Positions 39,000 to 48,922 of a stretch of 64,000 nt of DNA are shown piece by piece. Each line of letters starts with the position of its first letter. The stretch's first letter is position 1. The translations under genes were made by a program, and so were the position numbers. The notes below the pieces were generated by a model. It searched no databases and was not told the origin of the DNA. It was given only the letters and a program-made list of their open reading frames with translations. The stretch lies in assembly GCA_965216875.1 (NCBI GenBank), contig OZ244207.1, forward strand, positions 1,408,001 through 1,472,000, in the 5' to 3' direction. The DNA is from Rubripirellula sp. Its GTDB lineage: Bacteria; Planctomycetota; Planctomycetia; Pirellulales; Pirellulaceae.

Positions 39000-41195
39000 T
39001 TACTTGGCACGAACGTAGATCTGTAACTTCTTTGTGGTGTAGTTCTTCGCGTTGCCGGAAAACGTCCAGTCGCGGTTGCTTCCCGAACTGTTACCGATTC
39101 CGATGTCTGCGTTGCCTTCGGCGGACCAGTGGTTGATCGCAAGAACCGTTTCTTTGGCACCATGATTGTGAATCTGCATGCATCCGTACCCGTCGACTGG
39201 ATCGGAGGGCTGGTCGCCGAAATCGTAAGCGCCCGAGGAAGCGCCAGGGATCTTGGCACCGTTTTGTTGGCCGTAATTGTTGGGCCAAAACTCAATGTTG
39301 CCAGTTGAAATCGAGTTGCCTTCGGTCACAGCCGCAGTGTTGCTTAGCACATCAAGGTTATTGACCTTGGTCCGAAAGTGAGCCTGACTGGCGGCAACGG
39401 GGATTCCGATCTTCTTGATGTCGTCGGTAAACGCATCCATCGAAACGAAGACTCGCTGATCACCTCGATCCGCCGATTCAAGGTGCAGTAGATACCCGAC
39501 CCGATCAAAACGGTCGACGTTGGCGCTCTTGTTGACGTCGTACTTGATCTTGCTGCCGAGATTGGCCAAGTCAAGTTCATAGACGAGTTGATAGTCACGG
39601 TCGACATCGATCAGGCTTAGGAAGTCGGGTTCGTTGCCACCGCGACAGGCTCCAACGGGTAGGCCCGTGCCGCCGGTCAAGTTCGGCTCAGCTAGTTTGT
39701 GCCAAGCGAAGCGAAAACCACTCGGCTCGGTCGCTTGGTCCGAATGCAAGACAACGCTGTCGCCGTCGATTTTGGCCTCGGCTTTGACAAAACCTCGCGA
39801 ACCCTTGCCAATCACTTCAAAGTGAGTTGGTGGTTTGCCATCGCGGGTCTTTAGTCCGCCTGCGGTTTTGGCAAAGGTGACGCGCAATTGGTTACCACTT
39901 GGTTCAACCGATTTGACCGTGGGGTATTCGGCGACCACGTCGTCGCGTCCGTAGTCCCGTTTGAGTGCCCAAAGGGCAAGGCGGTTACCGACGTCTTGTT
40001 TGTTTGGCGGGTGAATATCGTTAAGCGTTGCGATGTCGTTGATCACGACCATCGCCGTGTTGGGAACCTGTTCGACGGCTGCTTGTGCTTCCCAGAAACG
40101 CGCCAGGACAGTGGGGTCTTCGTTGCCGTATTGGTACGGCGCGATTTGTACGTAGTAGAAAGGAAAGTCACCCTGTCCCCAGAGCTTGCGCCATCCGCCG
40201 ATCAGGGCTTTCTTCTTTTCGAAGTAGAGCATTCCTTCGCCATGGTTGGACTCGCCTTGGTACCAAATGGCACCTCGGATCGGGAAGCCAACGATTGCGT
40301 GCAGCATGCCGTTGTACAACATCGTCGGGTCTTGATGGCTTTTGTAGGGCTGCATGGAACTTGGGAACGTCGGGCTTGCTGCGACGGTCGTTGAGTTCTC
40401 TAACGAGGTTCGTGCCTTTTCCAACCACGCCGACGTCGCGTTGATGTGGTCGCCGAGGCTTTTGCGATAAGCGTCTGTACCAGGCGTTCGCCCCAAGATC
40501 GAAGAGTGGATGCTTGAAAGCGCTTCGACCGATTGGAAGCCAATCGGTGGCGTCCACGGTTCAACTCGCGTCCCGCCCCAAGATGCGTTCACGAGTCCGA
40601 TGGGAACGCCCAGGTCTTTTTGCAACCGCCGAGCCATGAAGTATCCGACGGCCGTGAAGTTGGCGACGGTGTCGGGCGAGCAAACTTGCCACTCCGCTTC
40701 AAACTCGTTCAGTGGAACGGTCGACGGACGCCGTGGAACTTTGATGTGGCGGATCAGTGGTTGGTCACCATCGGCGATTTCTGCTTTGGCGTTGCTGCTG
40801 CTGCGAACCGACCATTCCATGTTCGATTGTCCCGAACACAGCCAAACTTCACCGATCAGGACATCGTTGATTTTGACGGTGCTGTTACCGGCGATGACAA
40901 GCTCGTGAGACTTGTCACTCGCATCCAATGCGGGTAGCTCGACGCGCCATTTTCCGTCCTCGTCAGTGGTCGTTGTGGCCGAAGCTTGTCCAAGCGTGAC
41001 CTGGACATGTTCCTGTGCGTCGGCCCAACCCCAGATGACAATGGGCTTCTTCTGTTGAAGCACCATGTGGTCGCCAAAAACGGACGCAACACGGACGTCG
41101 GCGTGAGCGACGGAGGTGATGCCGAATGTAGCCAGGAGAGTCAGCAGAAGGTGGACGGCGCTACGCTTGCGCAGTGTTAGACAGAGACGAGCCAT
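39000..41195 (-). CDS. Sialate O-acetylesterase (SASA) family protein with extra C-terminal domain
   Basis: [40 protein letters not shown]. Confidence 0.92.
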   Translation of the reverse strand: MARLCLTLRKRSAVHLLLTLLATFGITSVAHADVRVASVFGDHMVLQQKKPIVIWGWADAQEHVQVTLGQASATTTTDEDGKWRVELPALDASDKSHELVIAGNSTVKINDVLIGEVWLCSGQSNMEWSVRSSSNAKAEIADGDQPLIRHIKVPRRPSTVPLNEFEAEWQVCSPDTVANFTAVGYFMARRLQKDLGVPIGLVNASWGGTRVEPWTPPIGFQSVEALSSIHSSILGRTPGTDAYRKSLGDHINATSAWLEKARTSLENSTTVAASPTFPSSMQPYKSHQDPTMLYNGMLHAIVGFPIRGAIWYQGESNHGEGMLYFEKKKALIGGWRKLWGQGDFPFYYVQIAPYQYGNEDPTVLARFWEAQAAVEQVPNTAMVVINDIATLNDIHPPNKQDVGNRLALWALKRDYGRDDVVAEYPTVKSVEPSGNQLRVTFAKTAGGLKTRDGKPPTHFEVIGKGSRGFVKAEAKIDGDSVVLHSDQATEPSGFRFAWHKLAEPNLTGGTGLPVGACRGGNEPDFLSLIDVDRDYQLVYELDLANLGSKIKYDVNKSANVDRFDRVGYLLHLESADRGDQRVFVSMDAFTDDIKKIGIPVAASQAHFRTKVNNLDVLSNTAAVTEGNSISTGNIEFWPNNYGQQNGAKIPGASSGAYDFGDQPSDPVDGYGCMQIHNHGAKETVLAINHWSAEGNADIGIGNSSGSNRDWTFSGNAKNYTTKKLQIYVRAK

Positions 41196-41515
41196 GTTGG
41201 GGCGCTCCGGTAAGCAAGAGAGAAAGGGAGTTGCAGGCGGGTGTATCTAGGGGAAGGAGGATTATTCTAGCTACCCATTCGCCGCGTTGGTGCGCTCGCG
41301 GAGTTGGCGATCAATAAGAAGCCAATCTAAAGACAATGAATCTAAAATGGTTTTGGCGAAGAGGACCGTGACCGTAGATAAGATTTTATGTCTGTGTCGA
41401 AAGCCATAGCGAATCCTTTTGACTTCCGATTCCGAATCGCCCTAAGGGCGTATGCGCATCGCCAGCGCTGATGACCTTGGTTTGGTCTTTTTACTAGTCA
41501 GGGGGTCCAAGCTTC

Positions 41516-41544
41516 TTGACAGGGGGAAGTAGCGGCGCTATTCT
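41516..41544 (+). promoter_or_regulatory. Sigma70-type promoter
   Basis: TTGACA (41516-41521), 17-nt spacer, TATTCT (41539-41544). Confidence 0.75.
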
Positions 41545-41550
41545 AGTTAC

Positions 41551-41656
41551 ATGCTGACACGGAAGAGATTCCTGTGATCAGTACTGCAAATCACATGCGG
41601 GCAAAATGGAATGTGATCGGCAAATTGGGCACGCATAATAACGCGTGCCTTTTTTT
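41551..41656 (+). ncRNA. Candidate small RNA (~105 nt), family not recognised
   Basis: Lies between the promoter above and an intrinsic terminator. Two internal hairpins, one capped by a GAGA (GNRA) tetraloop. No long ORF. Confidence 0.6.
41628..41656 (+). terminator. Rho-independent terminator of the candidate sRNA
   Basis: GGCACGC-ataataac-GCGTGCC followed by T7. Confidence 0.8.
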
Positions 41657-42556
41657 ATGATGCCGACTGTTCCTGATGAATCTAATCGACTCATCAATAA
41701 ACAAAATTGCCACGCCATCGGGACGAGAATTCCATTGGGGCACTATGGAGTCCGACTCATCCTTGATGGCGTGGCTTTTTTTGTTTTATCTCTCTGCCAT
41801 TCACACTCACCAAATGTTGGTTAGTCGTTTCGGCTCGTTCTTGCCACAGTCGTTGTCCTCTTTCTTTTCATGAAAGCTGGCAAGCCTGTTCTTCGAAGAA
41901 CTCACTCAACCTTAAGTGGACAACTAAGCTGCCGGTGCGCCACGACTTTCGCGTCAGTGGTTTTGTGGAGGGTGAACCCTGTTCACCACGCGTCACCACA
42001 GCGGAAAACACGAGGTTTTCTGTCGCGTCACAATGTGATGATAGCGACTAAAAAGATCGGATTCAATCCTTAGGTCATTTAGGAAAATCTCGCTGGTTTG
42101 CTGGTGGGGGTCGGCCAGTGCCACCCGTTTCAGCTATTTCGTTTTGGTACTAGCTAGTGGTAGGGGGCTCTGCTTTCCGCTGTTGGCGCAATGAGGCGAA
42201 CGCTCCTCAATCTGGGGAGCCGTTTGGGAGCGCGGCGCAAGAGTCGTCTGACCCTCAGAAAAAACTTTGTCGCGGACTCGCTCACCAAAGTGTCCAGCCC
42301 GATGCACCGATGGGAGCCAGCCCCGTTCGGCTTGCCCGATCCGTCTTGGCAATCTGAAGAAGCGGGCACGAGTCCTGGCAGCTCGCATCTGAAAAGGGGC
42401 CATCAACGAATCGAACGCTCCGGACTGGGATGCGCACCTTCGCAATTTGCCAGTCATTTTCCCGGCATCGCGTCGCCTCCTCAGATTTGCCCTCGTCACG
42501 TAAGCTGTGGTTCGATCGAGGCGGGTCGGTGCACAAAATAAGAGGAAAGTAGTTCG

Positions 42557-44008
42557 ATGGCACACACAATCGTGATTTTCGGTGCGTCTGGTGACCTGAC
42601 CAGCCGGAAGTTGATCCCCGCCCTTTACCGTCTTTTCATCAAGGGACGGCTTCCCGAGGGATCCCGGATTGTGGGTGTCTCACGAAGCGCTTACGAGCAT
42701 CAGCAATGGCGTGATTCGCTTCGCGAAACCACCGCGAAGTTCAGCGGCGATGCGTTTGACAACGCTTCGTGGGACCGATTCAGCGAAAACATCTACTACC
42801 AACCGGGTGACATTAAAGCGCCCGAGGACTTCAAGAAGCTGGCTGAATTCCTTGAGGGAATTGAGACCGAAGCGAGCGCTGGGCGCGTTTACTATCTCTC
42901 GACCATGCCTCAGCTGTACGAGGAGGCGATCAAGCAGCTTGGTGCAGCGGGGCTCGCTGATGACTGCAACGGATATCGCCGGGTCATCATCGAAAAACCA
43001 TTCGGCACGGACCTGAAAACGGCCCAAGCGTTGAATCAGTCGATTCACACGGTATTCCGCGAAGATCAGATCTACCGTATCGACCACTATTTGGGCAAAG
43101 AAACGGTTCAGAACATCTTTGCATTGCGGTTTGCCAACAGCATTTTTGAGCCGATTTGGAACCGCAACTTCGTCGATCACGTCCAGATCACGGTTGCCGA
43201 AGAAGTCGAAATCGGCCGCCGTGCAGGCTATTACGATACGTCGGGAATCCTGCGAGATATGTTCCAAAACCACATCTTGCAATTGATGATGATTACCGCG
43301 ATGGAGCCGCCCGCCCGGTACGACGCATCGTTGGTTCGGGACGAGAAGGTGAAGGTGCTGCACAGCATTCGCCAGATGACCGGCGGCGATTTCGCCTCGG
43401 ACACCGTTCGCGGCCAATACGCAGGCTACCTTGAAGAGGAAGGGGTGCCGGAGGGAAGCGAGACCGCGACGTTCGCAATCTTGAAGTTGTATTGTGACAA
43501 CTGGCGTTGGCAGGGTGTTCCGTTCTACCTGCGAAGCGGCAAGGGGATGTCTTGTCGGACGACGCAAATCGTCATTCAGTTCAAGCAGGTTCCGCATCTC
43601 TTGTTTGCCGACCGCGCTCAGGAACCGCTCGGCAATCGGCTGGTGATTCAGGTTCAGCCCGCCGAAGGCATTCAAATGCACTTCGAAACCAAGGTGCCCG
43701 ATTCAGGAATGGACACGCGAACGAGTACGCTCGACTTTTCGTTCCAAACCTCATCGGGCGAATCGATGCCGGATGCCTACCAACGTCTGCTGCTCGATTC
43801 GATGCAAGGTGACGCGAGCTTGTTCGCCCGTAGCGACGAAGTCGAATTGGCCTGGGGAATCATTGACCCGATCATCGCCGCCTGGCGAAGCCCAGCCGCT
43901 CCGTCGTTGTTTCAATACCAATCGGGCTTGTGGGGACCGACTGAGGCAACGGATTGGATGCGTCAGCAAGGTCGTGAATGGTTCGACGTCTGCCCAGTGA
44001 TTCGTTAG
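42557..44008 (+). CDS. zwf: Glucose-6-phosphate 1-dehydrogenase
   Basis: IFGASGDL, EKPFG, RIDHYLGKE, RDMFQNH, RWQGVPFYLRSGK. Confidence 0.97.
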   Translation: MAHTIVIFGASGDLTSRKLIPALYRLFIKGRLPEGSRIVGVSRSAYEHQQWRDSLRETTAKFSGDAFDNASWDRFSENIYYQPGDIKAPEDFKKLAEFLEGIETEASAGRVYYLSTMPQLYEEAIKQLGAAGLADDCNGYRRVIIEKPFGTDLKTAQALNQSIHTVFREDQIYRIDHYLGKETVQNIFALRFANSIFEPIWNRNFVDHVQITVAEEVEIGRRAGYYDTSGILRDMFQNHILQLMMITAMEPPARYDASLVRDEKVKVLHSIRQMTGGDFASDTVRGQYAGYLEEEGVPEGSETATFAILKLYCDNWRWQGVPFYLRSGKGMSCRTTQIVIQFKQVPHLLFADRAQEPLGNRLVIQVQPAEGIQMHFETKVPDSGMDTRTSTLDFSFQTSSGESMPDAYQRLLLDSMQGDASLFARSDEVELAWGIIDPIIAAWRSPAAPSLFQYQSGLWGPTEATDWMRQQGREWFDVCPVIR

Positions 44009-44105
44009 GGCGTCGTGATTTCTTGTTCGGTGTGTGCACGCATCGCCGCGAAATTGGTGCGTGCAAGCACACACCCTACGCACGCACCGATGGAATCCGC
44101 TTGCT

Positions 44106-45557
44106 TCAGAAATCTCGGAACGGCCCTCTCGGGTCAGCGTTCTCCATCTCGGCGAGCCAATCGTCGTAGCGAGATTTGACCATCTTCAGCACTTCGGGGC
44201 GTTCCTTTGACAAGTCATTGGTTTCGCCGATGTCATTGTCGAGGTCAAACAGGCCGCCCGACTCGCCCATGGAAACCCATTTCCAGTTTCGCACGCGTGC
44301 GCCGAGTTGATCTTTGCGTTTCCAGAACATCTCGTCGCGCGGTGACTCGGTTTTTCCACGCAGCGTCGACCACCAATCGTAGCCATCAAGCACGACGTCG
44401 GCACGTGTCAGCGAACCGGTTGCAGCGGCAAAGCTGGGGAAGAGTTCGAGGCTCGAAAGGAATGCGTCGTTGACCGCGCCGGCAGGAATTTGACCGGCTG
44501 GCCAACGAATGATGCAGGGCACGCGGACGCCGCCCTCCCAGGTTTGTCCTTTGCGTCCGTGCAACGGCGTGTTGTCTGCTCCGCCGCTGCCGCCGTTATC
44601 AGAAAAGAAAACAACGATCGTGTTTTCCAGTTCGCCTTTCTTCTCAAGTGCATCAAGCATCTTGCCAATCGCCGCATCCATGCACGTCACAGCCGCGCGG
44701 TAATCACGTTTCTTAGCTTGCGAAGTGACGACCTTTGCGTTCTCGGCGTACCTAAACTTGTTCACTGTTCGGTATTCAGGGGATACGTCTGGGTACATCT
44801 TTTTGAATTCGTCAGGAGCCTGGACGGTGGATCGTATCTCTGGTTCCAGAGCCGACGAACCGTGCGGCGCATTGAAGGGAACGTACAAAAAGAATGGCGA
44901 AGTCCCGGCGTGGTTTTCGATGAACTTCAACGCCTCACGCTGAAACAAGTAAGTGCAATACGTTCCTTTGTCGGCTTCCGTTTGATTGAAGCCTCGATAC
45001 ATGCTCGGCACGCCGTAACGCTCATGCGTGTAGTAGTCGATGCCGGTATTGACGAAACCGTAAAACTCATCGAAGCCACGTGAGGTTGGCAAAAAACGTC
45101 TCAGCGTCCCCAGGTCCCACTTGCCGAAGATTCCACTGACGTATCCTTCGCGTTTGAGCATGCGTGGGAGGATCACTTCGCGTAAGTCCATTCCGCCGAT
45201 ACGCTCGAACGATACCTGGTATTCAGCGTGCGAGTACTTGTGGCCATAGTCGGGCGCTTCGTTCCGGATCATGTCATAGATCCCGTTTCGCTGCGGGTAG
45301 CGCCCGGTAAGGAGTGATGCCCGTGATGGCGTGCATGCAGGCCATGCGACGTAAAAGTTGGTCAGTCGCGTTCCCTCATTGGCGAGGCGATCGAGTGCCG
45401 GGGTGATGATTCCATTGCCAAGCACGCCAAGGTCGTTGTAGCCCTGGTCATCGGAAACAATCAACAAGATGTTCGGCTTGTCGGCAGCGAGGGACGCTTG
45501 GCTGAAGCATGCCGAAGCAATGATCGTGAAAGCAAAGATCAGTCGAGGTAGGTTCAT
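44106..45557 (-). CDS. Sulfatase (Cys-type)
   Basis: PNILLIVSDDQGY, CTPSRASLLTG, GKWDLG, SDNGG, WEGGVRVP. ATG at 45557. Confidence 0.93.
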   Translation of the reverse strand: MNLPRLIFAFTIIASACFSQASLAADKPNILLIVSDDQGYNDLGVLGNGIITPALDRLANEGTRLTNFYVAWPACTPSRASLLTGRYPQRNGIYDMIRNEAPDYGHKYSHAEYQVSFERIGGMDLREVILPRMLKREGYVSGIFGKWDLGTLRRFLPTSRGFDEFYGFVNTGIDYYTHERYGVPSMYRGFNQTEADKGTYCTYLFQREALKFIENHAGTSPFFLYVPFNAPHGSSALEPEIRSTVQAPDEFKKMYPDVSPEYRTVNKFRYAENAKVVTSQAKKRDYRAAVTCMDAAIGKMLDALEKKGELENTIVVFFSDNGGSGGADNTPLHGRKGQTWEGGVRVPCIIRWPAGQIPAGAVNDAFLSSLELFPSFAAATGSLTRADVVLDGYDWWSTLRGKTESPRDEMFWKRKDQLGARVRNWKWVSMGESGGLFDLDNDIGETNDLSKERPEVLKMVKSRYDDWLAEMENADPRGPFRDF

Positions 45558-45710
45558 GTCAGTCGTTGCTGTGGTGAGGGAGTTGCCGTAGCTACCTTCG
45601 CCAGGAGGTGGTTCCATCGGTGGGCCGTTTTTCAAGATTTCCACGCTCTGGCGGGCGTAGTTACAGGCCCGACGCTAGCGCGTTCGGCTCATGGATTGAT
45701 TCAAGCGTGG

Positions 45711-46619
45711 CTACGGGGCCCAGCCCTTCGTTTTTGTCTTTCGCCGATAGATTTTGTCGCCGGCGGCGACGTAAAGGTATGACAAACCTTCGCCCGCAAA
45801 AGCGACGCTGACGATCGGCTGGTCGCTCGGCTTTGCGATCACGCCGCCCATACGCCCGGTCGGATCAAACATTTGAATCCCAACGGCTGTGGTGACGTAG
45901 TACCGTCCGACTGCGTCTGTCGTCATTCCATCACCCTTGCTTGGCGCATCCGGGGCGGGAGTCCTTAGCGTGATGTAGGGCTGACGGAAACTCAGTGCCC
46001 CTGATGATTCGATGCGCCACACCCAGGTGTGCTTGCCGCCATGGTCGGAGACAGCGAGTGTTCCAAAGTCGGGCGTCAGCGCGATGCCGTTTGGCCGAAT
46101 CGGTCCCTGGTATTCTCCGCTTTCTGATTTCTCTGATAGGGAGGCAACCGAAACCGTTCCCGTTGGCGAGACACGTACGACGCGCTTTTTGGGCGTTTCG
46201 GTGAAATAGATGTCGCCGCTGGGGGCCGCAACCAGATCATTGGGGCGAAAGCCTTCAGCGAGTGTGGTCGCTGTGCCTGATTCCAATTCGATCGACAGGA
46301 TGCGACCAAAATCACCGCCTTGGCAGGCGTAGAGCTTTCCGTTGCTTCCCAAATGCAGCCCACTGATTCGGGGAACGTCAACGACAACATCTGCGATTTT
46401 TCCAGCGGGTGTTATTCGGTGGATCGTTGTGCCACCGAGGACATCGGCAAAGTAGAGGTTTCCTGCTTTGTCGACCGCCAGGCCATCGGTAAAGCGATGT
46501 CCTTCTGAGACAACTTGCCAATTCTCGCCATCGACAAGGACTTGGCTAAGGGGCATGTCTTGGGCGAAGGAAGCGTGGGCGATCAACCCGATCAGGAACA
46601 CGAACGCAAAACGGTTCAC
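45711..46619 (-). CDS. SMP-30/gluconolactonase/LRE family protein
   Basis: FTDG, PNDL, PNGIAL, DGMTTD beta-propeller motifs. The GTG start overlaps the upstream TGA. Confidence 0.88.
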   Translation of the reverse strand: MNRFAFVFLIGLIAHASFAQDMPLSQVLVDGENWQVVSEGHRFTDGLAVDKAGNLYFADVLGGTTIHRITPAGKIADVVVDVPRISGLHLGSNGKLYACQGGDFGRILSIELESGTATTLAEGFRPNDLVAAPSGDIYFTETPKKRVVRVSPTGTVSVASLSEKSESGEYQGPIRPNGIALTPDFGTLAVSDHGGKHTWVWRIESSGALSFRQPYITLRTPAPDAPSKGDGMTTDAVGRYYVTTAVGIQMFDPTGRMGGVIAKPSDQPIVSVAFAGEGLSYLYVAAGDKIYRRKTKTKGWAP

Positions 46620-47506
46620 TTGGCAGCTCCTTTTTTCACGCCGGGGTAATCCCGCCAAAGCCATCGCAACATGTCGGGCAAGAGCGCTCCGCCATGTTGG
46701 CCATTGTGCCCGCCATCGCCCATTTCAAAACGATAGTCATAGTTTGCGAATTTGAGCGCGGCAGCCATCTGGCGGTTGGCCAGCGGCCAACTTCCATGCA
46801 GATTGTCGAGGTCGTTTTCACCATCCTGCAGGAAGACGCGAATCGGTTTCTTCTCGGTCTTGCGAATCAATGCTGGATAGACGTGCCCGCCGCGAATATT
46901 CGTGAAGCTGCCGACATAGCTGATCACCTTTCGAAACGCATCGGGCCGTTCCCATGCGACGGTAAAAGCGCAGATCCCACCCGAGCTGATCCCACAAATG
47001 GCTCGGCCTTGAACGTCGTCGGTCAGGTTGTAGTCCTTGCCGACGGCGGGCAAGATTTCATCGATCAGAAAGCGGGCATATTGGTCGCTGAGTGTGTCGT
47101 ATTCGAAGCTTCGGTTCTTGCGAGGCTTGCCACCCTCTTTCGCTGGTGGAACGACGCCGGGACTGATAAAGATCCCAATGGTGACTGGCATCTCACCACG
47201 ATGGATCAAGTTGTCAAAAACGATCGGCACGCGGCTGTGACCCTTTTCGCTCACGTACCACTGGCCATCCTGAAACACCATCACGCAGGCCGGTTTTTCG
47301 GGATCGTATTGGGCCGGAACGTAAACCCAGTAGTCACGCTCTGTCCCGGGGTAGACCTTGCTCTCGGTCCAGCGGTGTTGGGTGACTTTCCCCTGTGGGA
47401 CGCCGTCTTGGCGTTTTGAGTCGGCGGTCAAGGGATAGTCTGCGACAGCAGACAGATTCAAGAACAATGCGACGACCACACTTGCCGTCACGTGCAAACA
47501 CTTCAT
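46616..47506 (-). CDS. Alpha/beta-hydrolase esterase (enterochelin esterase-like)
   Basis: [14 protein letters not shown], nucleophile [18 protein letters not shown]. Confidence 0.88.
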   Translation of the reverse strand: MKCLHVTASVVVALFLNLSAVADYPLTADSKRQDGVPQGKVTQHRWTESKVYPGTERDYWVYVPAQYDPEKPACVMVFQDGQWYVSEKGHSRVPIVFDNLIHRGEMPVTIGIFISPGVVPPAKEGGKPRKNRSFEYDTLSDQYARFLIDEILPAVGKDYNLTDDVQGRAICGISSGGICAFTVAWERPDAFRKVISYVGSFTNIRGGHVYPALIRKTEKKPIRVFLQDGENDLDNLHGSWPLANRQMAAALKFANYDYRFEMGDGGHNGQHGGALLPDMLRWLWRDYPGVKKGAAK

Positions 47507-47610
47507 CTTTTTACCTCGCTGTTGGTGGCAGCGAAGCACTATAGCTCAATCAGACGCGCGGTGTGGTCGCGGGGCACGTTGTCGTGGCCTACGTTGTCGG
47601 GGGGCACGGT

Positions 47611-48912
47611 TCACAAGAACAAACTCTCCAGTCGCTCACCCGGTTCAACTTCGAGGGGGAAGCGTTCCGAAAACTCGTGTGTTTCAATTCCGGCAAACCG
47701 GCGCAGCGCGTCGTGGATGTGTTCGGGGCGAACACGAATGCCGCTCTCGCTGTCGGTTTCGAGTGTATCGGGCTTGATTGGCACCAGGAACTGTCCCTGG
47801 TCGGTGGCGCCGACGACGCGATCGCCAACAATTCCGCTTCCCAGGAACATGATGGACCCAACAGACCAGTGGTCTTTGCCGTTTCCTTTGTTGTAGTAGG
47901 GAGTTCGCCCCATTTCGCTCTGAATGACAACGACGAGTTTGTCGCGGAGATGCAGTTCTTCTGCTCGTCGCAGCAGATAGTCGACGCCAGCGAGAAACTC
48001 GGGAATCAACTTCATTTGGTCGCGATCGTTGTTGGCGTGACTATCGAATTGGCCGATAGTGAAGTTCGCCGAAACACAGACTCCCGCTTTGAAAGATGCG
48101 AGCGCAATGTCGGCTTGCCGTCCAAGACGCGTCTTGACGGGCTTGGGGGGAACAAACTCGGTGACGCGTTCCAAAGCTTTGGAATTGGCTTGAGCTGCAT
48201 AGAGCATGCTTTGTGAACGTTCGACACGTGGCAATCGCAAAGAGTCGACACGTGCTTGCATCTGGTCTGCGAGCGCCCGTTCAATGCGATCGTTGACGAA
48301 GTCGTCGTGATAGTTCCAGTCCGAGCGTCCTTCGACGCCGTCGGCGTTTGCGAGTCGGTTGAGAGAGTTCAGGTAAGGTACCCGTGACATCGGGACCAAG
48401 TTGCCAGTAGCGGAGTAGTTGCCAAAGGTGAGAAACGACAGCGGGACTCCACCGCCCTGGCAAGCTGCGACAAGTGCGGCAAACGTAGGGTAGGCGAGAC
48501 TATCGAGTTTGCCGGTCGCCATGTACCTGGAACAAGGCGAATGATTGTTTACCGAATAGTCGAGTCCGTTGAGCACGAGAAGGTCGTTGCCGTACCTTTC
48601 GAAAAACGACTCATTGGAAAGGCCATCGGCGAGATGCTTCTGCGTTGGCGCAAACGTGTGGTTCCCATGTGTTTGAATGTCAGCCTCGCGATAGAGCCGG
48701 TTGATCTCTTCGTTTCCTTTGGGATCCATGAGGTACGTGGTGTCCCAACCACCTGATGCATTGAAGACCGCATAGTAAGGCCCCTCGTAGCTGGGTAACT
48801 CTTGCGCCTTCTTGGCTGGATCCACGGCGCGCAAAAGGGTCTGCGCCGAAATCGGAATGGAGAAACCGAGCCCGGAAGCGGCGCAGGTTGCTAGGAAATC
48901 GCGTCGTCGCAT
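47611..48912 (-). CDS. DUF1501 family Tat-exported protein
   Basis: MRRRDFL Tat signal, GGWD, FDSH, SEMGRTP, GKDHW. Confidence 0.88.
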   Translation of the reverse strand: MRRRDFLATCAASGLGFSIPISAQTLLRAVDPAKKAQELPSYEGPYYAVFNASGGWDTTYLMDPKGNEEINRLYREADIQTHGNHTFAPTQKHLADGLSNESFFERYGNDLLVLNGLDYSVNNHSPCSRYMATGKLDSLAYPTFAALVAACQGGGVPLSFLTFGNYSATGNLVPMSRVPYLNSLNRLANADGVEGRSDWNYHDDFVNDRIERALADQMQARVDSLRLPRVERSQSMLYAAQANSKALERVTEFVPPKPVKTRLGRQADIALASFKAGVCVSANFTIGQFDSHANNDRDQMKLIPEFLAGVDYLLRRAEELHLRDKLVVVIQSEMGRTPYYNKGNGKDHWSVGSIMFLGSGIVGDRVVGATDQGQFLVPIKPDTLETDSESGIRVRPEHIHDALRRFAGIETHEFSERFPLEVEPGERLESLFL

Positions 48913-48922
48913 TCCCACGGTC

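Noticed and set aside
41676..42569. Short ORFs in the gap before zwf
   Set aside because: No recognisable motifs, mutually overlapping frames, and they cross terminator-like hairpins; not supported as genes.
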